Assembly (NCBI GenBank): GCA_030141605.1
Contig: JAQGDQ010000036.1
Location: forward strand, 248,001-312,000
Source of the DNA: Tubiluchus corallicola
Lineage: Eukaryota; Animalia; Priapulida
DNA: 64,000 bases
Reading direction: 5' to 3'
Made by a program: the position numbers and the translations under genes. Under the pieces are notes generated by a model. That model did no database searches. It saw nothing but the letters and a program-made list of their open reading frames with translations, and had not been told where the DNA came from. Shown piece by piece: positions 49,545 to 59,099 of the stretch (positions are counted from its first letter, which is position 1; every line of letters begins with the position of its first letter).

Positions 49545-50995
49545 TTCCAAGAAAGTAGAACATTGCCCTTAGAAACGAAAGTTGCTTAGCTTTTGGTACG
49601 TTGTTGTACTTCCTTTTTGTTCTTCGTTCAGATCAGTAACCCGACTAAATGAAAGTGACTTGTGTGGGTCGCGAGCTGAAATAGATCATCCACCGCTTAG
49701 TGAAAGCGAAAGTATGCTCCCTGCCATGCGCGTTTGTAACGTATAGACGTCGTCATACTTTAGATCTGATGAACTTGCAGCAAATATGGAGCATTGACCC
49801 CTACACGAGAGCTTCATGTACTTAGGGAATACTGTGTAATAGTGATAGCATTTAGTAAATAACATAAATAGTTAGGGCATAAGTAAAGTATAAGACAGCA
49901 GAGGTATGGTGTTGACTCCGAAAAGAAAGTTTAGTTGATTATAGGCGACTTCCATGTTGCAAAAAGTCTTGAAATTGTAGGCTTATTGTGTCGCGCTTAG
50001 ACTAGCGTGTTTTCTTATTTATTTTTTGTTATAATCACATTCACGTCATTGTAGAGTAGACTTTGTTAGATCTCATCACTTTAGCTAATTTTCATGTGGA
50101 CTGATATTATGCAACAAAATGTTCAACTGTTTGAATGTCCACCTTTGATATTAACAATAATCCTACTTCTACGTTGTTTCTTACGTCAAATTGTTATTGT
50201 GTTTGCAACTATAGTGACATTTCATTTGATTACAGTGGCGTGCCTTTTTTGTCCTGGGGGCTGATTAAATGAAGACTAAGTAAAAGACATTAATAGCACG
50301 CAGATACGCAAACGATGACGGATTCAGGAGTTGACAGTGGTAAATGCTGTGCGTTTTGTTTGCTGCGTTACCTGTCGCTTGCGTCATCAGCCCACCCAGG
50401 CTTCATCTGTGACGTCAAGCGTGTATCATCAAGACTCGCAGCATCGTAACATGACACTCACTGGTTCACTTGTATTGAATTGCCAACAGAGTTGTCTTTT
50501 AGACTGCTACAGCACGAAGTTTGAAACTGATGCAAGAATGGAAAAAGTTCACCATACTAAATGTTGCAAATAAGTTTCATTAGGCAGCAGCACAAATGGA
50601 AACAGAATGACTCAAACATACAACAGGGATTCAAATTCATTCATCAGACTAAAATGTACTTTATCAGCTGTAAATGCACAGAGCGGTTATGACGTAAGCC
50701 CATTATCGTAAAAATAGGCAAACAGTCAGAAATACACTATTTTTTCATTGTGCTAATGCTTTTGTCGCTTATTACTGAAACATGTGGTCTTATTAAACGG
50801 CATAGCAATAGTTTCTAAGGGGTTAAATCTGGACCGTGCCCAAACGGTTCTGAAATGCGAGCGGTTTTATTAAACGGTGACTACTGTACTAATAAATTTT
50901 GGTGTTCAGGTGTTTCTTGCAAGCAAATTTTATGCAAAATAGAACTAAGATTCTGGACAAACCCGGACGAATATGAGTTTACTCTTCTAAGAACT
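49545..50995. promoter_or_regulatory. Candidate enhancer: cluster of CRE, C/EBP, CARE, AP-1, STAT and IRF motifs downstream of C/EBP
   Basis: TGACGTCA 50410, TTACGTCA 50181, TGACGTAA 50690, TTGCGTCA 50379, TGATGCAA 50528, TTATGCAA 50107/50930, TGACTCA 50608, TTCnnnGAA 49545/50985, GAAAGCGAAAGT 49702. Confidence 0.5.
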
Positions 50996-52044
50996 AAGTC
51001 ACTACTATAATACTGCTTGGTCACGAGGATAAGTTATATTGAGTGTGGAACATATGGCTGATAGAGCTATCATGACCCATTTCCAGGTAAACAATACAAG
51101 GTCATTTAGTGATGCACTGAGATTAACAGTGCCTGGCAGGCTGGTGAAGCAGATTTTAGTCCTAGATTTGTTGACCTTTTTAGTTCGATCCAGATATATC
51201 CCGCAACATCGCTATTTATGTCAGTTTAAATTTTAATAAAGCTTTTTCTAGTAAAAAAATACGAACACAAAAGTGCTCAACCCTGCATTGCAACGCATAT
51301 AGGCGTTTCACATGATTAATGTATAAAAATTGTGAGAATGTAACTAAATTTCGATATTGTTTGGTTAATTTTTAAAGCCATTATGAACCTGCAAGTCTAT
51401 TACATTGTTAGGTGACAAGATTAAACAGCCGAATTAATTTGTTAAGCTGATATAGTCCTTTCTTGAAATCAAAATGTGCGTAGAAGATATAGGCAGGCGT
51501 TCTCACTGTGTTTTTGCACGTTCAGTAATAAGTTAATTATATTCAGCTTGCTAAATACAGAATTAGATTATAATACATGTATTAATTTTTACATTTTTTT
51601 AGCACATAACAACTTGTTTTGGCTCGATTAAGGCAGTTGTTGACATTGATCATTCGTCATCCTTTCTTGTCATTGTTTTATTTTTCTCTAATTGACTGTT
51701 ATACAAAGTGGGATAATTTATAATAAGACATGATGTCTATAAAATGTCTTCGACACTTTCTACTACATATATTATCCCTGGTATAAAGGGCACTGACCCA
51801 TCACATCATGACTAATCACGCCAAACGCACCAGTGAAAAGTTCCCGCCAAATGTGGGACAGTGAACTTTCTACAATCAAGATCCAGAAATGCATAGTTAC
51901 GTACAGTACGTGAACACTACAGCCCTGATTCGGTTTCGATTTGTATAATTCCAAAGTCAAACGTTCTAACTACAAGAAACTAACTATAACAACACAGCTT
52001 CCAATAAACAAATTAAACAGCTTTTACTATGCAATAAATACAAT

Positions 52045-52050
52045 TTTATT
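52045..52050 (-). terminator. Candidate distal poly(A) signal of C/EBP
   Basis: AATAAA on the minus strand followed by T/GT-rich sequence; implies a ~1.8 kb 3' UTR. Confidence 0.45.
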
Positions 52051-53817
52051 GAAACCGATTATATCAGTAAAAGTTTAATTAATGATCGACTGTGGTTACT
52101 GTTGCTGTATGTGATCAATACTTATAAGAATCTTCCATAAATGCACAATAAAATACTGCCTATATTAGTTAAAAATTTACCATAATTTAACAAAATAAAA
52201 CCTGACAGGCAATTGAGCCAAACTTAATGAGGGTTAGTTACGTCAACATATCCGCAAGTAGCCAGCTTAACCTACACGTATTGAACTTGATCTGAACCAA
52301 ACGATACGCCAGTTAGACGAAACTGAGTTTGCGCAGTTGATAGCGATGAACAGTAAGAAAGGACACATGATCAGCACACACGTCTGTAGAGTACCGCTAA
52401 TTCTATCATGTCTAACGCTATTTCATTCATTTCGGTTTTAATTTCGGCTCATGTCACATAAGCGCTTAAAGTACACTGTATCAAAAATATTTTTAAATAT
52501 CCAACTTCATGAATAAAAATGCCAGGGCAGTTTGCAATTATAATTCTTCAAATATGCTAGTATAATTTCAAACTGCACAAAGTACAAAAATAGACAACAA
52601 AGCTGCGTGTCTGTTGTACTCGACAGAATAATATTATTTGTGGAAGACTCTAATTGCACTGGACCACAAAGCAGTTATGTAACATTACGCTTTAGTAACT
52701 AAACTGAAAATAGTCTGCCAACACTGCCATACACCCATTATGGACAAGCATAGCAACTTGGAATTCTAAACAAAATCATTATCCTTGTACCATATTCTCA
52801 ATAATGCCATATAAAAGAGGAATAATATTTCAAAAAAGTAATAATAAATTATAAGGAAATAAAGACAAGAAACATGATGAAATATGACCAACAGGTGCCA
52901 TAGATCTACTGTTATCATGCCAATACAATAAAATTTACTATAAATATCAACAATCATATATAAATATCTTCCCATGAGCTAATTAGTGTACAAAAGCCAT
53001 GAGATTCCATATATACAAGGCACATAATTTATATAATTTCCTAGTACACAATAAGTAAGATTTGCAAAGCTGTACAGGTTGTACATATAGCTTCAAATCT
53101 ACCCAACAATAAATTTTTTTCATGCACAGACTTGTCCATATAGCAAATTACTTTCAGTTGGCTAAAAGAACACGATTTAACCATTTTATAACAAATTTAA
53201 AATACAGCATGTATTTAGATAAGCTTAAGCCAGTGGACACTTGATGATTATGATCACATATAACAAGCTCAATAAAATTGTATTTTTTATATCTATTTAC
53301 TACATTCCTGATGTTACTATACTGCTGTACAAGATGTAAATACATCATGTAACTAATATAAGGAGACACTCTGACATAAGACAACAGTTTTTCAACATGT
53401 GCTGATAATCGCCTACAAAGTTTCAGCCAATCATATATCAACTTAAATAATTTATTATTTACCCAATTCTTTTCAATGTAATGACTTTGTACACATGCAG
53501 CAATTACACAGGTTTCATGGAATGATGTAACAGACTTCAATTTATGTGATAATTTCAACATATGGTCAGCATCCCTCTTAAAGGTATATGAATCACATAG
53601 CTTAGCAAAAAAATTACATTTATCACATCCATTTCTCACAGTATCGAATAAAAGGCCAAAAGCAATAGTTAAAACATCATAACACATATAAAGTACTGCT
53701 GCATTAAATGATTTCAACACGTAATTTCCATTAATAGAAGCATCAGGTCTACAATGCAATGTTAATAGCTTAATGGCACATTTTTGTCCTACACATGATT
53801 TATTGGGATACTTCACT

Positions 53818-54496
53818 TTATTTGATTCCAAATCGTTTGAGAAGTCGAGCATCAAGACTTGATGTTGCCACATTGGCAAGAAGCTGTCGCATAACATTCA
53901 ACTCTCTTGTAAGGGATTCTACTTTCCTTTCCAGTGCTTCTTTCTGTTCATTTAAAATTCTTACTCTATGCTCCGTTTCTACACACCTCTGCTTTGCTTT
54001 CAGCCGAGATTTTCGCACGGCTATATTGTTCCTTTCACGTCTATTACGATAATCTTCACTATTTTTATCAATTGGCTTCTTTTTCCCCCCTCTACTATAT
54101 GAACTTCTTCCACTACAGACAGAAGTGGACTGTGATTTAGCTAACAAATGTTGGGTGACTATTGGTGTGCCAGTGTAATTGTGCTCATCTGTGAGTGGTG
54201 ATGAAACAGGATCTGTAAGCGGTGATGTTGCAGGAGTATAAGAACAAATAGAACTACCAGGAGAATCCAGTGGCTCTGACTTGATGGAAAGACAGTTCCA
54301 GTTGGTAGATTTGGACGCAGCTTGTTGGTTCGGCTCTGCTGTGGTCGAAGATAATGACATATACGAATCCACAGTAGGCAAACAAGATTCAGATGCAAGA
54401 GAAAGCACCTCAAGGTCTGACTCAACTGCTTTGCTGCCCAATAGATCAAACACGTCGTCTCCACCGGGAGTCATAAACTGCGAACTGTTCAGCAAA
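53818..54496 (-). CDS. CEBP: C/EBP exon 2 (bZIP)
   Basis: YRNRRERNNIAVRKSRLKAKQRCVETEHRVRILNEQKEALERKVESLTRELNVMRQLL. Confidence 0.97.
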
Positions 54497-56413
54497 CTGC
54501 AAAAAATAAAATGCCATAATATATACTAAGATAAATGTGATTTCGGATTAGTTCCTGAAATTTTGTATTGAATGAGCATATTTTTACATGCCAGTAACCC
54601 AGTTGTCGCAATTAGATAATAAATAAACATACAGTACTACGAAGTCATTTAGTTTTGCTTTAGAACACTATTCTAAAATCATACAAAGTTATTATCATTA
54701 ACAATATAAATCAAACAAATTATTGTTTTAATCTACTGCAAATGTTGTACATGATAAAATAATAATACAATAATTTGTAATAATTCATGTTTGCAAGGTT
54801 TACTGTGTTAATAGTGGTTTGACAGCAACACTTCCACTTCCAAAGTAGTGCAAACTATACTTAGAATTAACAGAAAATTCATTATTTTGGGTCTAGGTTG
54901 TCCTAAAAATTAAAATACTGTGTTTGCCATATGTACAGCGTTCTAGAACCTTAGCAAATTAAAGGAAAAGAAAACAAGAGAACAATTCTTACAGAAAGCT
55001 AAAAATTCGCATAGTCTGTATCACCTACATCTATACTTTCTGCACACAGAGCATTTTTATCAGTAGTAACGCTGTATAAAATTTACGAATTTTAACTCCT
55101 GGGTTGAATGTATGGTACAGTCATTTTAACGGTCAGTCGCTGAGTAAGAAATCTAAGCAAATTTAGATAACATTGTGGAAAGTTTGAAAATAATCAGAGC
55201 ATTCCTAGCACACACATATTATTTTGTCTTGTCAGTAAAATTAATAATATGTTTTTAGCAAAGCAGAAACATCTTCTTGTGGGATAGTAGGATAGTGAAT
55301 CAATGATTTACCAATAGGCGCAAACATTTTAAATTACGTAAGAATTTTATTTTCCAGTTATGAGTTTTCGAAACAGGTACATGTAATGCTAAGTAATACA
55401 AATCTGTAGGGAAGGTTTATTGGGACATACTTTAATATCCTCTTTTCCTACATAGATGACCTTTCCTGCCATTCAGAATGGACAGTAAACAGGCAAAGAA
55501 AAGTAAGATGTCCTATAAAACTCCTATTCAACGAAAACATTGTTATTTCTAAAATGATGTCATGTAATTTTGAACTCAAGGCTGTACATGTACAGAAAGA
55601 GAAAACGTTCCAATTACATGTGAAAGTAGGTCAAATGAACTCATGCTACTATGTAGGTCAAATTTAAAATTGACTCCAAGCAGTACTGCCTAATGCACAA
55701 AATGTGTGTGACTACATGCATGCTCTGTAGTCTATACACACTTATTAGAAATATCATCACTGCCAATGCTAAATAAAACGTCCAAAAAATTTAACTAACA
55801 TAATTTTATACAGCAAATTTTTAATTAACATGTCACAATCGCAAATTCAAGCAGTCAATCCATACTACGATCTAATGAATTGTAATGCGTCGTCTCACTG
55901 GCATTCATTATGGGTTATCGTTCATATTTTTTAAATTAGATTTATATCAACATTTTTTAACACTGAAATTCCAGATCAACAAACATGCAATTAAATAAAA
56001 TGTACTACATGCAACTCCAAATAGTTGGCTATTCTACAGCAAACTGTGTAAGCCTAACCCAAATAATTATGGTGAATTTCAAGCTGAGACTGACTACTCT
56101 GCCAGCACGGCAATCAAGCGTTGAATAGGTTAACTATGTATAGTACAACAAGTTTATGAAAATTACACTGACGGTATTTCTACAACAACTTTCTATACTC
56201 GACCAGCTGGGATTTTGAAACCAATACTTGCCATCATTATAGATGTTAAAATCTAATTAACTTCTCTCACCTGTTAAAATCAAGTGATGCAGTTTCTGAG
56301 CTGTAAGGAAGCTGCGATTCCTCTTCTGCTGGTTCATCGGCCAAAAGGAACATGAAATTATCTGGCTTCGTATCCAGTTTGTCAAATTCGTATAATAACT
56401 GCGGACTTTCCAT
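53818..56413 (-). CDS. CEBP: CCAAT/enhancer-binding protein (alpha/beta/delta class) bZIP transcription factor, 2 exons, 273 aa
   Basis: complement(join(53818-54496,56271-56413)) = 822 nt; phase-2 intron ag|gtgaga..tttgcag|t. N-terminal MESPQLLY, TAD boxes SETASLDFNSLL and DDVFDLL, basic region KKPIDKNSEDYRNRRERNNIAVRKSR, leucine zipper. Confidence 0.95.
56271..56413 (-). CDS. CEBP: C/EBP coding exon 1
   Basis: MESPQLLYEFD..SETASLDFN; donor ag|gtgaga, in phase with exon 2. Confidence 0.88.
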
Positions 56414-56426
56414 TGTTGCACAGCAT
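56382..56426 (-). other. Out-of-frame uORF (MLCNNGKSAVIIRI*) overlapping the C/EBP start codon
   Basis: caccATG 13 nt upstream of the main ATG; the only upstream ATG in the inferred leader. Confidence 0.7.
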
Positions 56427-56644
56427 GGTGAGCAACCAGACGAGGTAAACTGATCCAAACACAAGTCTCGAAACGGATCTGCCGAACAGTCGGCTATGTA
56501 CTTCTGCTTTGTATCCGTGGCGGGGAAACGACTATCTTTTTAATAAAAATGACGTTTGTTTTATCTCCTACAATTCAATATGAAAGCTCCGTTACAGACA
56601 AGTCACTACTTCACGACAAACCAACTTCTAAAACCACGTTCACT

Positions 56645-56715
56645 TAAATGACGAAGCGTGACGTAGGCCACCTTATATAGTGTGACGTAAATTACCACGT
56701 GGTTATATAGTACGT
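56645..56715 (-). promoter_or_regulatory. C/EBP core promoter: CRE-like sites, TATA box, Inr
   Basis: TATATAA at 56679-56673, Inr TCATTT with A at 56649 (30 nt downstream), TTACGTCA at 56690-56683, CTACGTCA at 56666-56659, E-box CACGTG at 56696-56701. Confidence 0.8.
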
Positions 56716-56879
56716 AAAAAGCCTGTATCATTCCGCTAGTCCGTTGCGATCCGTCCACACAGACTACTTATTGAAAAGGATAATTCAGTTCGGTGAAAAC
56801 GTTGGGTTCACTACTTAACACAGTAAAAATTTGAAACAGTATGCAACGTACAGTCTTATCCAAAATAAATCAATGCTAG

Positions 56880-57432
56880 CTAGCAAGAAACTACCCCTCA
56901 GAACAAGGCAGCGGACTCTTCAATGCATATAACTAGTTTCTTCGTGTACAACAGTGAAATATGGGTTTGACTGCAACTCAGGAACAGACACAGATTTGTT
57001 CCACGGAGGTCTGCTCAAAAAGTCTCAAAAATAAAATGACCATATATCATTTCAAATGACCGGCTGTATAACAGAATCAAAGAAAATCTTAGGAGCAATA
57101 AAACCAGTTTCAGAAGGCTAAGATGGGTAGGAAAATTTGATAAGATCGCCAGAAACAACGTCAGTAAGATTAGTATTAAACGATGCACTGAAACCTGCTA
57201 AACGACCTTCAGGCAAAGCAAAAACAATCGGGATATGGAAAATTAATAAAGATTGCAACAGCTGAGACCAATCGTAACAATAGCTGTTATAAGGAGTCAT
57301 AGGAGTTGAAAATTTTACCTGCAGACAGGAAACAGTGGGGTGCTCTAATAAGGATAGAAGCTCATTGGAATCACAGGAGTTGAATAGTTTAGCTGCAGAT
57401 AGGAAACAGTGTTTAGAGCAACAGAAGAAGAA
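56880..57432 (+). mobile_element. Decayed RTE-like LINE 3' fragment
   Basis: KPAKRPSGKAKT (cf. RprGrP..tW), duplicated ADRKQW motif, (gaa)n tail. Confidence 0.55.
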
Positions 57433-57479
57433 ATTCGATGGATCCGTCCGACGTGTGAATCTAATTTTGTATACATTAT

Positions 57480-59036
57480 TATAAATTTAATAGGGGATAT
57501 TATTACCTATTCCAAAACCAGATAAAAAGTCTCAGTAGAAAGTCTAAAACCAGTTATACTGTTGGCTTTGTTAAAGGAAAAGGCAAGTCACTCAGAATGT
57601 TGGGTTTAATGTTATTGTTACCACTTAAACTTAGAAAAATATAATAAAGAAATTTGCAAAAAACTGCCTATAAAGCATAATTTAAAATATACTACTCTAA
57701 ATAGAAACTTTCAGGCGTGTTGGTTGCTGCCATTCACTTGAAAATCATGACGTAACTGGCACACTTCGTGACTTTCTGTAAGCGCACGCTGCCTAAACTA
57801 ATACCTTATACCTTATCCAAACACTTTTCTGCAAGCTGGAATCCAATTCAAACTAATTCAAGCTTCTGCAGCTTACCTAATGTTCATGCAAAAATATTTC
57901 AAAATTAGCCATCTATTTTTTTGCAAAAACGTATCATACTTTTGGTGAAGATTGACAGTGGGCTACTTTTCTTCAAGACGAATGGCGTCTCGTTGGAAAA
58001 AGACTGGGCATTGAAAATGCACTGCTCAGGGATGAAGTAATTGCGAATTAAAGTGAGTTTACTAGCTACGCGAGGCGCTTATTGCAGTTTTATTACTAAA
58101 TTCTTCTAAGATTTTTCGCGAACATGGAAATAAGCCTAACGGCCTAGAAAAATTCTGACTATATGCATGATAATTTAGATGCATACATGAGATATCAAAA
58201 TTAATAATTGTAACATTCCATCAAGTCACGCTGCATATAGGGAATCACAAGCACAACGGAACTAATGTAAGGTCAGCAAAAAAAAATTAGCAGAAAAAGC
58301 AGACACATTCGATTCTTATCAAATCACTGTCTTGCTGCTAAATATGAGCAAGGCATTTGATAGCAATCATACCATAGAGAGAAGAATTCTTTTTTATGAC
58401 CTAAAAGCTATGCTATATTCAAATGAATTGCACACGATTATATATTTCTATTAAAGGAACTTGAAGTTAGGGTAAAAGTTGGGTAAACCTTAATTGCGAA
58501 GAACTTTTTGTACAAATGTAGGGATGGTCCATGGGGGAATCCCTAAGTCCGTAACTTTTCACACCTGGCTGGCAAGTGCACTTAAACTGTTCCAAATTAT
58601 TCCTTCGAATGATGAACATGAAGTAAGCATGAGCGTGACCCCGGTATCTGTAATAACTAATAACCTTTCGCTGTACCTTGTGGACCATACCATATCCAGC
58701 ATATTTAATTCAAATACAAGAACGAAAGATGGGTTTAATGATTACTCAAGAAAAGAGACTGACATATTTTATACATGCAGAACTGTCTTAGTGAGACGTT
58801 TAAAGAATAAGTGTCCTCGCATGTATAAGAAGCCTTAAAACCTTGGAAATAAAAAACAACTTGGCTAGCTAAGAAGAATATTTTTTTTCAACAGCTACAA
58901 CCAAATCTAGTTTTAGCAGCCCAGGAACTTGCCTATATGACATTAGCTGCAGATAGGAGTGGTTGGTCGGAATACTCATATATGGTAATGCCTCAATGTT
59001 TATAACAGGCGGAAAGAGCATTTGGAGAAGAAGAAG
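57480..59036 (+). mobile_element. Decayed RTE-like LINE reverse transcriptase remnant
   Basis: Frameshifted motifs PKP.K..PVILL (57512-57565), LLLNMSKAFDS (58332-58364), TNVG..G..LSP.LF (~58512-58560), AADRSGW (58946), (gaa)n tail. Confidence 0.65.
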
Positions 59037-59099
59037 TTGTAAATTTGTAATTTATGTAACTTTATATTTATTAGCAGACTCAAATATTTTTTGTTGATC

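Noticed and set aside
49620-49790. Structured RNA or hammerhead candidate (ctgatga core; aaagtatg/catacttt and tcagatc/gatctga pairings)
   Set aside because: No stem II plus GAAA after CUGAUGA; short stems are compatible with chance; no tRNA/snRNA features.
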